Shown: positions 1-11,883 of the stretch, piece after piece
How positions within the stretch are numbered: the stretch's first letter is position 1
Layout: every line of letters begins with the position of its first letter
Source of the DNA: Octopus sinensis
Taxonomy: Eukaryota
Assembly (NCBI RefSeq): GCF_006345805.1
Contig: NC_043021.1
Span: 8,184,001-8,248,000, forward strand
Direction: 5' to 3'
DNA: 64,000 nt
Notes under the pieces: generated by a model
The model's database searches: none
The model's input: only the letters and a program-made list of their open reading frames with translations
What the model was told of the DNA's origin: nothing
Program-made: the position numbers and the translations under genes

Positions 1-160
1 CAGTGCTGAGGGAGTAGTGTATGAGGCTGAAGTGGTGATCAGAAGTGGCAGAGTTAGCAACAGCTTGCCAATAACAATCACAACAGCAACAGAAAATAGC
101 AGTGGTAGGTACACCAGCAACATGTCAAGCGGCAGAGGCAGCAATACCAACAGCTATACC

Positions 161-390
161 TGTTTCTTTATTACCCACAAGGGGCCAAACACAGAGGGGA
201 CAAACAAGGACAGACATAGGTATTAAGTCGATTACATCGACCCCAGTGCGTAACTGGTACTTAATTTATCGACCCCGAAAGGATGAAAGGCAAAGTCGAC
301 CTCGGCGGAATTTGAACTCAGGACGTAACACAGACGAAATACCGCAAGGCATTTTTGCCCTGCGTGCTAACGTTTCTGCCAGCTCGCCGC
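161..390 (-). mobile_element. SINE-C (head GAGCTGGCAGAAACGTTAGC, B box GAGTTCAAATTCC)
   Basis: TSD CTATACC. Confidence 0.9.
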
Positions 391-746
391 CTATACCAGC
401 AGCAACAAAGCAGCTGGCAGTAGTGGCTACACCAGGATTGCATCCAGAAATAGCAGCAACATCAGCAACAGTACCTGTGGCAGTAGCAGCAGCAGAGTTA
501 ACAATAGCAACTGTAACACTACCAGCACATGAGCACAGACATAGAAATATGTCCCTTCCACAGATGACCCCTTTCAGCAATGTCTGAGGAACCACAAGTC
601 CTCCATCAGAATACCTGAGAAGTGCAACATCATGTCCCTGGCCAACTAAATATAGTATCTAAAAGAATAAGGCATGCCATACATAACTAAACGGAGGCTC
701 CTAGAACAACTGGGGCCATACCTCAACAGGAGTATATGATGTAAAT

Positions 747-1344
747 GTGGTGAGCTGGCAGAAACGTTAGCATGCCGGGCGAAATGCTTGGCAGTATTTC
801 ATCTGCCGTTACGTTCTGAGTTCAAATTCCGCCGAGGTCGACTTTGCCTTTCATCCTTTCAGGGTTGATAAGTTAAGTACCAGTTATGCACTGGGGTCGG
901 TGTAATCGACTTAATCACTTTGTCAGTCCTTGTTTGTCCCCTCTGTGTTTAGCCCCTTGTGGGTAATAAAGAAATAGGTATTTTGTCTGCCGTTATGTTC
1001 TGAGTTCAAATTCCGCCGAGGTCGACTTTGCCTTTCATCCTTTCAGGGTTGATAAATTAAGTACCAGTTACGCACTGGAGTCGATGTAATCGACTTAATA
1101 TCTATGTCTGTCCTTGTTTGTCCCCTCTGTGTTTAGCCCCTTGTGGGTAATAAAGAAATAGGTATTTTGTCTGCCGTTATGTTCTGAGTTCAAATTCCGC
1201 CGAGGTTGACTTTGCCTTTCATCCTTTCAGGGTTGATAACTTAAGTACCAGTTACGCACTGGGGTCGGTGTAATCGACTTAATCACTTTGTCTGCCCTTG
1301 TTTGTCCCCTCTATGTTTAGCCCCTTGTGGGCAATAAAGAAACA
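747..1344 (+). mobile_element. SINE-C trimer (one head, three bodies)
   Basis: 184-bp period; single 17-bp TSD AGGAGTATATGATGTAA. Confidence 0.93.
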
Positions 1345-1774
1345 AGGAGTATATGATGTAAGCATTGCTTGGTTAAGAGAGCAAGAATCCTGAAAAACTC
1401 ACTTGAACCAGGGACTTTTTTAATTTCCAGAAAAGAAACATTAAGTCAATGCCTCCATCAAAGGCATTTCCTGTTGCAAGCTTGGAATTCTCATTTGCAG
1501 AATAGGAACATGCCACCAGCTTCGAAACGCATTATGGACATAACTGGAATTGATGTAAGGGGGATAACCCCACCCCACCTGAAAGCTTACTGGTAGGGGT
1601 CATTCCAGATATTTTTGATTTACAAAACTGACATGATGTTTTCCTCCCTCCAGTTGTAGAGAGGTTACGTGTCTCTGCCTATTTGAGTCTGATAAGTCAC
1701 CTATACAGCTGAGTATTCTACAGGTGTGAAAGTAGTGGTCACTCTCTGACCAGCCATAACAAACAACCTTCTAA

Positions 1775-2075
1775 ATATATATATATATTATGGCTGCCCC
1801 CTCGTTATCGAGTATGGCCATTGCACGAAGCTTAACTGTTACTGGTGCTGTGATCAAATGTGACTTTTTAGCCCAGCTAAAGATCTACAATGTCTTGTAC
1901 AAAATTGGCAACTAAAACCTTTACTGGTAATAGTCGGCTGTAGTTGTAACTGGGCTTCATGTACCTTTGCATGTCGTTTAAGTCCTCCTGCCGAATTACA
2001 CTCTCTTCCACTTGCCCGACAGATATGATTAGTATGGTGTGTTACACCACCACCAGTGGCCAGGTTGTCACTCAT
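1775..2075 (-). mobile_element. 5'-truncated LINE (RTE-like) 3' end with C2H2 zinc-finger tail
   Basis: CRASGRECNSAGGLKRHAKVH and CQFCTRHCRSLAGLKSHI (the TGA is probably from CGA); short 3' end and (TA)n tail. Confidence 0.7.
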
Positions 2076-2429
2076 CTGTCTCATATATATACACACATGC
2101 ATACATATTGCATAGGTGATGAGGTGATGCAACACAATAATCATATCATAGACATAACATTCAGAAAGAATCTGATAATATTACTATCAGTTAATTTTTT
2201 GGTACAACTTAAATACAGAGGTCCCGATGCATCTATGTAATCCTAACCCTAAAACCAACCCTACCCTAACGAGTGAGCACTGTAGAAACATTGTTTGCAT
2301 AGATGCATTGGGACCTCTGCATTTAAGTAGTGCCAATTTTTTGGGGTTTTTTTTCCCCCATGACCTTCACAAGGTCTTCTTGAGATCAGCTATCTTGAGG
2401 GTGTCATGGTTCTGTTTAAACTTTTTCAG

Positions 2430-3000
2430 GTTAACACCTGCAGCAAGAAAAACACCAGCAAGAAGATTCCAAAGGGCCAATGTTTTGGGGGGAGAAGGGA
2501 TTAAGCATAGTGATCAGTGAGGGGATGAGTGCACCAAGGGTAACAAAAGGTGGAAAGCTGAGTGGGCTAGAGGTGCCTGAGTGATGGAGGTATAAGACTA
2601 GCCAGCTCTGAGATTATAGTAGCAATAGTTATAAGTATAATAGCAGAGAGAGAAGACAGCATGTGCTTGGGTTACAAACTAGAGCATATCTGTTAGTGAC
2701 TGAATTACAATTAGCTGAGTGGCCCTTCTCTGGATTGAATCCAAGATGTGTTTACTAGCAGCATTGTCCCAGATGTGGGACAGAAGAGTGTCAACAGCTG
2801 TTGGGAGTCTGAAATGTTCTGGATCTGAAGGACAAGTCTTTGGGGATGTAGTTCTAGTTGAGCTAAGGATGTGTTTCTACTCAGAGAGGTCCTTAAGTGC
2901 TAGTGAGGCCTTGAACTTGGAGCTTCAGTGAGGGTCTTAGCTGAGTGCAACACATGTTTAGCAGAGATGCAGTGTGGTGATAGTGTCTGAGTTTTTTTTT
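2430..3000 (-). mobile_element. Decayed CR1/Jockey-group LINE RT C-terminus
   Basis: SHIWDNAASKHILDSIQRRATQLI and LWNLL motifs, with stops. Confidence 0.75.
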
Positions 3001-4320
3001 TTTTTTTGCCGGTAAAAGTAGGTTGGCATGGTTCCATTGAATGATCCTAAAGGTCTTTGTTTATAGAATCAATGTATAGTTGGTGTGAGGTGGCTAAGCT
3101 GCATGTGGGCTGTGCATGTTCGGGGAAATAAGGGAGTCAAATATATATTTTATACAATTACATATCTTATTTTCAAATAGCATAATCAAGCATATACATT
3201 TGAGCCATTATTGTTTGTTTCGTTGGAGAAATTTATTTACATTTGAATTTGTTATAGAGTTGTAATTCTAGTTAGCATTTCCTTGGTGTTTACGGTTGTA
3301 AAACGAATAATCACCTTGATAAGTCTAAACCAGTGACTTGGTAGAAGTTTTAGTAATGCAAAACCTTTTCGACCGTTGAAGGAAATGGAATAATTTCTCG
3401 TATTTTACCATATTTAATCTAATCTAACCTTCATCGGTTAGAAAATACGGAATAATTTCTCTTACTTTAAAAGGAATTATTATTTAACTTCCTTGGATAC
3501 AAGGTTAATTTAGACAAAAATAAAAAAAACAATTTATTCATTTCACTGTTTGACAGTTAATAATAGAAATAAACGTAATTCGTTTTTAACGAAAACAGAA
3601 ACAAAAAATAAAAATCTCTGGTGGGTGCCAAAAAAGTAAATTGCTGTCGAGATTGAACTGAGAAAACTCGTTTTCTGTTCTCTCTGTTGAAAGACATTGC
3701 ATAATCAAATACTGTAGTAGTAGGTCCCATCGATTTAGTTCCATTGCAGAAATATATACGGACACTTGTTTCTTGATCGCAAGATCTTTCAAAGAAAAAT
3801 CATTCTTGGCTAAACAAAAACCAAACACCTGAGTTGTATATTTCTCAGACATGATGTCTCAAATAATACATTATCTAATATATTCCTACTATTTTTGAAG
3901 ACTGGTAGATATACTTCCTGTCGTCTTTCTATTTTTTAACCAAAGAATAAAAAAAATATTAACATATTCTTGTTGTTAAGAAGTTCATCGAGTTGGGATT
4001 ACGTCTCTACCCACAAAAAGTCGATTGCACCCCACCAAATCTTCTCAGCAAAACAAACTAGCGGCAGTACAATCTAAATAAAATTCTTTCGTAGCCATTC
4101 AATATTTGTTATTGTTTAACCACGGTCGAATGATCAAGATCCAGCCACGACCATCGTGTCTGTTTCATTGTTTTCAGACATGGAATATTTTGGGCTGCTG
4201 TGTCAAGTAGGGTGCTGTATTGAAGGAAATTTGACTGCTACTTCTAGCAGGTGGATCGACTGCGGGACTTTGAAGGGAAAAATAAAGATTGAATTAAATG
4301 AATAAAGAAAATTTAGTGGA

Positions 4321-4926
4321 GATATAAAAGACATCAGATGTGCGAAAGGGCGATTGGGGTATATGAAGAGATAGCATAAACAAAATACTGAATATAAAAT
4401 CTTGGTTCAACTCTTTTACTTCCAAACTGACGAGGAAGTCTATAGGTAGACATATTTACCTGCTAGAAATAGTAACTAAATCTCTTTCAAATTATATCAA
4501 ATCTTAAAAAAGGGAAGGACACACTGTAGTCCCACCCTACACTTAAAAAAAAAAGAATAATACTGGATGGTCATGCTGGAACACCTCCGATCGTAAATCT
4601 GCACTATGATTGCTAAGCCTGATATAAAAGACATCAGATGTGTGAAAGGGCGATTGGGGTATATGAAGAGATAGCATAAACAAAATACTGAATATAAAAT
4701 CTTGGTTCAACTCTTTTACTTCCAAACTGACGAGGAAGTCTATAGGTAGACATATTTACCTGCTAGAAATAGTAACTAAATCTCTTTCAAATTATATCAA
4801 ATCTTAAAAAAAGGGAAGGACACATTGTAGTCCCACCCCTACACTTAAAAAAAAAAAGAATAATAATACTGGATGGTCATGCTGGAACACCTCCGATCGT
4901 AAATCTGCACTGCGATTGCTTAGCCT
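4321..4926. repeat. About 300-bp tandem duplication
   Basis: GATATAAAAGACATCAGATG at 4321 and 4621; copies nearly identical. Confidence 0.92.
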
Positions 4927-5537
4927 GAGGCTAAACGAAACTACTTCCTTCATACTTTGTAATTAACAAAAAAAAAAAATATAGATGTTACGAAACTTTT
5001 CATAGATGAATCTGAACAATCCAAAACAAGAAGAGCCAGCAATCGTCGTCGACAAATGGTAAATAAAAAAGACAATCATACCTTGGCACACAAATGGATT
5101 CAACCAATATTAACAGCGGAATGAACGGCCGAACGACGAGAAATCTGTTATAATTTGTTGACTCGCCTTTTATTTCAATTTATCTCTTACTCTATTTTTC
5201 TGTCTTACTCCCTCTTATCTTTCTGTTTATCTAAACATTCTCATTTTAATCCTGCTATTCATTTCATTTCTCCCCTTCGCTCTTTCTATTCCTCTCATTT
5301 CTCTTTCTATTCCTCTAATTTCTCTTTCTATTCCTCTCTATTTCTCTTTCTCTCATTTCTCTCTATTTCTCTTTCTCTCATTTCTCTCCAATTCTCTTTC
5401 TATTCCTCTCATTTCTCTCTACTTCTCTTTCTATTTTACACACTTGTCTTCATTTCTTTTCCCCTTTTGTTCAAAAGCCAGTTCCCAGCCTATTTACTAC
5501 TTTTTATCTTATTATAGTTAATAAAGAAAACATCATT

Positions 5538-5570
<33 letters not shown>

Positions 5571-5926
5571 GTAAGTGGTAGTATTTCAACTCTGATAGCG
5601 GGATACACCTTCTATACGAAGTTTCTGTACTGAATAGCAGTGTCATCATGTGCCTCTAATTATGCTCTGCTCTGCTTAACTGTTCCCGAGAAAATTTTAC
5701 AAGTCCTTTATGAAAGAACTGGGAAGTCGGACTAAAATGTCGAACTATAAAAGCATTTAGTTCGGTCCTCTACGATCCGAGTTCGAATCCCGACATCGTC
5801 GGTTTATTTTTGTCTTTAATTTTACCTCTCATTCGAGTTCTTGTTGTTGATTCGTTTGTTATTTTTTCCTTTTCCTCTCTTTTTTAATTTTTTTTTTTAC
5901 TAACTTTGTCGGTATTACTTAAGAAG

Positions 5927-6144
5927 AGTGGTCTCGGTGCGCGCACACGCGTACTCGCGCATCCGCGCTAGCTAGTCGTGACTAGTCGATCCATACTTTG
6001 TGGTTTTGTATTTTATTTACTTTGTTTTAAAAAATTATTTACTTTGTGTTTTATTTACTTTGCTAGGTAGTAGTTCTAGGATCGACTAGTCATGACTAGC
6101 TAGCATGGATGTGCGAGTACGCGTGTACGCGCACCGGGACCACT
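5927..6144. mobile_element. MITE with 66-bp CpG-rich terminal inverted repeats
   Basis: Arms 5927-5992 and 6079-6144 match at 60/66 positions; AT-rich spacer; (C)AGTGGT end is hAT-like but no TSD was found. Confidence 0.75.
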
Positions 6145-6601
6145 GTACCAACTTTGACGGTGGGAATTGGCCGGTTTCACCACTCCTTTCAGAGCTCGTG
6201 TTTCCAGTGGAAGGAAGTTGTTCTCAAATATTTGCGACAACTTATATCCCGTTACAGGTACCAACGGGACAGATAGTCGGATGTTCACCCTAGACGATAA
6301 ATCAAGTCGCCTACAACTCTCCAAATTAGTGATCTTTGAAAGATTGTAAATAAAAGATAAAAGAAATCTTGTTTTAAAGTGTTGCTTTAATCATATTAGA
6401 GAAGTACGAAGTTAAGTTGTCCTGTAATATTTACTTAGCAACTAAATTAGGTTATCTTGTATAATAAGCAGTTTCACCTAATAGTTAGCTAACCAAATAT
6501 ATTTTCTTCTGCCATTCAGGAAATCTTAGTTGAGTAAATAGGGATAAACAAAAGATAAAAAAAACTTCAATGTGAATAAAAAAATTAAATTACTTTTTAA
6601 A

Positions 6602-6981
6602 CCCTTTTGTTACTGTATTTATTTTGAGATGCTCTGTGTTTCTTTCAATTACTTTAAATATAACAAAGAATTTAGTAAAATAACTTAGTTATCATTAAGC
6701 TAGCGCTAGGAACATAAAATTGTGACTACGGTTCAGTGGAAGATTTTGATTCAAAACTTATGAAAATAAGATATTTGTACTCAGAGCCAGAGGCGGTTTC
6801 AGCCGGGTTGGTAATGAAAGGGTTAAGGAATTTAGTAAAATAACTTAGTTATCATTCAGCTAGTGTTAGGAACATAAATTGTGACAAAGGTTTGGTGGAA
6901 GATTTAAATTCAAAACTTCTGAAAATAAGATATTTGTACTCAGAGCCAGAGGCAGTTTCAGCTGGGTTGGTAATGAAAGGG
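6602..6981. mobile_element. piggyBac-like MITE (family P1) plus partial tandem duplicate
   Basis: CCCTTT start; AAAGGGTTAA ends at 6826 and again at 6985. Confidence 0.8.
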
Positions 6982-7260
6982 TTAAAGAAAAAATGACCTT
7001 GTTTATAAGCTACTGGAAATATTAGTTTCATAATTAATAGTAAAAATAACTGATCAGATTTCAAATCTAAATTTTGATTTAGGCCAAGACATCCCTAATT
7101 AATTAAAATATCTTTCTCCATAATCCATTCCTATTCAAAAGTAAAAGAAGGCTGACTTACAGTCAACAGGGGCAAAAAAAAAAAAGAAATGTTAAAATGA
7201 TGATAGCGATGGTGATTCAGTCTGGTGTTTTAGCATTCTACTACACTTGATGTTCTTATT

Positions 7261-7627
7261 GTGGAGGCGTAATGGCCCATTGGTTAGGGCAGCGGACTCG
7301 CAGTTTCGATTCCCAGACTGGGCATTGTGACTGTTTATTGAGTGAAAACACCTAAAGCTTCACAAGGCTCCTGCAGGGGGTGGTGGTGAACCCTGCTGTA
7401 CTCTTTCACCACAACTTTCTCTCACTCTTTCTTCTTGTTTCTGTTGTACCTGTATTTCAAAGGGCCAGCCTTGTCACACTTTGTGTCACGCTAAATATCC
7501 CCGAGAACTACGTTAAGGGTACTCGTGTCTGTGGAGTGCTCAGCCACTTGCACGTTAATTCCACGAGCAAGCTGTTCCGTTGATCGTATCAGCTGGGACC
7601 CTCATCGTCGTAACCGACGGAGTGCTC
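7261..7627 (+). mobile_element. SINE-B (tRNA head GTGGAGGCGCAATGGCCCAGTGG)
   Basis: 22-bp TSD CTACTACACTTGATGTTCTTAT. Confidence 0.93.
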
Positions 7628-7989
7628 CTACTACACTTGATGTTCTTATAATTTTCTAAATATTTACACCTTTTCAGCTGTGCTAGCTATCTAACAAACT
7701 TTCTACCATAGTTGTTAATCTCTTCAAATCTTTTAAAGTCACTGCTTAATTCTGGGTGGTTGGTAACGGAGGAGAAAAACTTGGTTCAGAAATAAAAAAA
7801 AAAAAAAAAAAAAAAATTACACATTTCACTCAACACCATCTCCCCACCCTTCGATTCCTTCCCCCTTCAACTAATTACATGGAAGTGTTACGGACAGGCT
7901 AAGTAACGAACTGACAAGCAGATTTATTATAAGATGCTAAAGGGTTAAAGTCTCCTTCTCTCTCTCCCATGTGCCCCTGCATCCTCTAT

Positions 7990-8290
7990 TGTTCCCTGAA
8001 TTCCTCAAACCACCTCTTTAACCAACTTTTTCTGCACTGAGAATATCTCACTGCTGAGATCATCATTCTTGGTAATTTCAACACTCACAGCTCCTGTGGG
8101 TCCCATATCTCACACCAATGCTGCCAATGCAGAAGCAGAATCCTTTGCTATTCTCAACCCTTGTCATAAATTGGCTTCATCTCTTAAGCTCTGGACCGCC
8201 ACCCTTGATCTCTTAACCTCTGCCACTGCACCTATTGGATTTCTGGGCCATGCCTCGTTGCAACTATCCAGCATATGCATATTACACCCA
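7990..8290 (+). mobile_element. Decayed LINE AP-endonuclease fragment (CR1-like)
   Basis: AEIIILGNFNTH (IILGDFN motif), LDLLTS and PIG (PLGxSDH region). Confidence 0.6.
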
Positions 8291-8457
8291 CTTTTCCCAG
8301 ACTGAATGGCACTTCAAGTCCACCAGCTGATTGAAGCTCAGTATGGCACCTCAGGCAAGTATCTTCTACTATAGCCCGGGGCTGACCTAAGCTTTGTGAA
8401 TTGGCTTTTGGTTGATGAGAATCGGTGGTGGCATCTTTCATTTTAGTTCTATTAAAG

Positions 8458-8840
8458 ACTAGCAGTATCGCCCGGCGTTGCTCAGGTTTGTAAGGGAAAT
8501 AACTATAAAGCATTTTTAGAGAGTTATAGCCAAAAAATAGCAAAAAAATGGAAAAAAATGATGGTAAATTTTTTTTTAGTTAAAAAAGGTGGAGTTGCGT
8601 CCCCTAGACAGTTTGCGGTTTGTGTTTCTGATTCTCGACCCCATGTCGAATTTATCGATTTTTTCAGAACTGGGGGAACTTTTCAAAACTTTAGCTGCGT
8701 TAGTTTTGAATTATGACATTGGGCTATGTGTGTGTCAAGTTTCATCAGAATCGGTTGAAAGCCGTGGTCAGGGTGAGGGTACAAGCAAACAGACACACAG
8801 AAACACGCACAGACAAACTGCCGTTTATATATAGAGAGAT
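8458..8840 (+). mobile_element. Helentron/Lep1-like non-autonomous rolling-circle element
   Basis: 5' ACTAGCAGTATCGCCCGGCGTTGCTC, 3' ACAGACA...TTTATATATAGAGAGAT; second copy at 48008. Confidence 0.6.
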
Positions 8841-9091
8841 ATTTGAAGTTGTCAGCACTGTTTTTGTATATTAATAGGTTGACAATGTGATATAATTATT
8901 AAAAATAAAAAACAAAACAAAACAAAAAAAACCGTCATGTGATTCAGTGTTTTATAAATAATTTATTCATGAGATCATAGTAATTTAATGAGAGAAACAA
9001 TTACTTATTGTTGTTGCGATTGTCCCAATATCCATTATCTTCCTCTCCGCTACCCTCCTATTTTAATGACTTCAATAAATATTATTAATGT

Positions 9092-10285
9092 AGGTGCAGG
9101 AGTGGCTGTGTGGTAAGTAGCTTGTTTACCAACCACATGGTTCCAGGTTCAGTCCCACTAGGAGTGGCTGTGTGGTAAGTAGCTTGTATACCAACCACAT
9201 GGTTCCAGTTCAGTCCCACTAGATGGCTGTGTGGTAAGTAGCTTGTTTACCAACCACATGGTTCCAGGTTCAGTCCCACTAGGAGTGGCTGTGTGGTAAG
9301 TAGCTTGTATACCAACCACATGGTTCCAGGTTCAGTCCCACTAGGAGTGGCTGTGTGGTAAGTAGCTTGTTACCAACCACATGGTTCCAGTTCAGTCCCA
9401 CTAGGAGTGGCTGTGTGGTAAGTAGCTTGTATACCACCACATGGTTCCAGGTTCAGTCCCACTAGGAGTGGCTGTGTGGTAAGTAGCTTGTTTACCAACC
9501 ACATGGTTCCAGGTTCAGTCCCACTAGGAGTGGCTGTGTGGTAAGTAGCTTGTATACCAACCACATGGTTCCAGGTTCAGTCCCACTAGGAGTGGCTGTG
9601 TGGTAAGTAGCTTGTTTACCAACCACATGGTTCCAGGTTCAGTCCCACTAGGAGTGGCTGTGTGGTAAGTAGCTTGTATACCACCACATGTTCCAGGTTC
9701 AGTCCACTAGGAGTGGCTGTGTGGTAAGTAGCTTGTATACCAACCACATGGTTCCAGGTTCAGTCCCACTAGGAGTGGCTGTGTGGTAAGTAGCTTGTTT
9801 ACCAACCACATGGTTCCAGGTTCAGTCCCACTAGGAGTGGCTGTGTGGTAAGTAGCTTGTATACCAACCACATGGTTCCAGGTTCAGTCCCTCTAGGAGT
9901 GGCTGTGTGGTAAGTAGCTTGTATACCAACCACATGGTTCCGGGTTTAGTCCCACTGTGTGGCACCTTGGGCAAGTGTCTTCTACTATAGCCTCGGGCCG
10001 ACCAAAGCCTTGTGAGTGGATTTGGTAGACGGAAACTGAAAGAAGCCCATTGTATATATATATATATGCGTGTGTGGTGTGTTTGTATTTGTTCCCCTAG
10101 CATTGCTTGACAACCGATGCTGGTGTGTTTATGTCCCCATTACTTAGCGGTTTGGCAAAAGAGACCGATAGAATAAGTACTGGGCTTACAAAAGAATAAG
10201 TCCTGGGGTCGAGTTGCTCGATTAAAGGCGGTGCTCCAGCATGGCCGCAGTCAAATGACTGAAACAAGTAAAAGAGTAAAGAGTA
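9092..10285 (+). mobile_element. SINE-A with 14 tandem tRNA-derived heads
   Basis: About 62-bp unit GGAGTGGCTGTGTGGTAAGTAGCTTGT(T/A)TACCAACCACATGGTTCCAGGTTCAGTCCCACTA repeated 14 times, then normal body and (AGAGTAA)n tail. Confidence 0.95.
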
Positions 10286-10690
10286 TTATCTAAATAAAAT
10301 AGAAAAGACAGCAAAGACTATAAAGAGAATATGGATATGATGTTTAGAATAATTGCAATTGGATTAAAATCAAACTTAGTAAATTCCCTAAAAACTTTCA
10401 AGCAACTATTATTTTTTGCGGGGTTATTTCTAATTCTTTCTGCTATAGGCACAAGGCCCCAAATTTTTTTGGAGAAGGGGCTAGTTGATTATATCAACCC
10501 CAGTGTTCAACTGGTAGTTATTTTGTCAACCCAAAGGGATGAAAGGTTGAAGTTGACTTTGGTGGAATTAGAATGAAGAATGTAAAGATGGAGGGAATGC
10601 TACTAAGGATTTAGCCTAGTGTGCAAAATTTCTAATAAGTTGTGTTAATTCAGTTAAGCTAATTTTTTTTCTAAATAATCAAAAATTTAA

Positions 10691-10854
10691 ACGTATATTT
10701 GCCATTTAAATATGGCTAACCCCTAAGGGTGGATGCTACTGTAGTTTGTAGCCCCAGGAGGACACCTCCTCCAGCTGGCTATAGAGCCTGGGGCTACAAA
10801 CTACAGTAGCATCCACCCTTAGGGGTTAGCCATATTTAAATGGCAAATATACGT
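10691..10854. repeat. Foldback: perfect 68-bp inverted arms with 28-bp spacer
   Basis: 10691-10758 is the exact reverse complement of 10787-10854; same family end recurs at 21128 and 62088. Confidence 0.95.
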
Positions 10855-11404
10855 CACAATGTGTTGCAGCTACTGTTTATAACTTGCTCTAAGATTTATC
10901 ATTACAAAAATTTAAAGCGCTTTAGAAAATTAACTTTTTTCTTGGTTAAAGTGAATAATAGATATCTGGTTAGGCTGCTTTGCCATTCACCAAATTAAAA
11001 CCAAGTCACCATCTAAAGTTCTCAATGAATCATGTTTCTATACATAAAGTCATTACAGGGATTAATTGCCAAGAGTACTGGGCTGTGTGCCAGGTGTGTC
11101 TCTCTACATATATCTGGCTAAAGGTGTGAATGTATGTTAGCTAGAATGAGGTAGCTAATTCTATGTTCATTATAGGCAAAGTGATTCTTCTTAACCCAAG
11201 GTTGAGTAGCCAACCAAGGATCTTATTCACCTGTCTTTTCAGGAACTGCTGCTCCTATAAGATCACCATTTTAACACTGTTGTTGAAATCTAAAGTGAAT
11301 TGAAGAAGGTCCTTGACATGCTTACGGAAAACTACTTCCAAGCCAGATTCCAAAAGTGACAGGAATGCTGGGACTGGTGTATTGTATCCCAATTTTTGAA
11401 AGAG

Positions 11405-11883
11405 ATGATGTTAAAACTTAGGTAGTCCTGCTGGACTGGCTCCTGTGCAGGTGGCACGTAAAAAAACACCATTTGAGCATGGCTGTTGCCAGTACCTATT
11501 TCTTTATTACCCACAAGGGGTTAAACATAGAGGGGACAAACAAGGACAGACATAGGTATTAAGTCGATTACATCGACCCCAGTGCGTAACTGGTACTTAA
11601 TTTATCGACCCCGAAAGGATGAAAGGCAAAGTCGACCTCAGCGGAATTTGAACTCACAATGCAACGGCAGACGAAATACACCGCCTGACTGGCTCTTGTG
11701 CCGGTGGCACGTAAAAGCACCCACTACACTCTCGGGGTGGTTGGCGTTAGGAAGGGCATCAAGCTGTAGAAACTCTGCCAGTTCAGATTGGAGTCTGGTG
11801 CAGCCATCTGGTTCGCCAGTCCTTAGTCAAATCGTCCAACCCATGCTAGCATGGAAAGCAGACGTTAAACGACGACGGTGATG
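11405..11883 (+). mobile_element. Family D repeat (RTE-like 3' end) with a nested headless SINE-C (about 11487-11678)
   Basis: Ends CCCATGCTAGCATGGAAAGCAGACGTTAAACGACG...GATGA. Confidence 0.8.

Noticed and set aside
102-587. Recurrent ORFs such as [34 protein letters not shown] and [18 protein letters not shown] as a gene family
   Set aside because: They are chance frames of the SINE-A, -B and -C consensus sequences and recur wherever the SINE does.
3586-3852. 88-aa minus-strand ORF as an exon of the putative gene starting near 5100
   Set aside because: No recognisable homology and only weak splice sites.
4427-4480. CTGACGAG as a hammerhead core (also at about 4727)
   Set aside because: No stem II closing onto GAAA and no stem I/III pairing.
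5155-5517. 120-aa F/S/L-rich ORF
   Set aside because: Translation of a CT-rich low-complexity tract.
5700-5800. tRNA genes (here and at the SINE heads)
   Set aside because: B boxes are present but no complete cloverleaf or acceptor stem; these are SINE-derived heads.
9099-9957. Regular ~62-bp array as a CRISPR locus
   Set aside because: No unique spacers; units are contiguous copies of a SINE head in a eukaryotic context.
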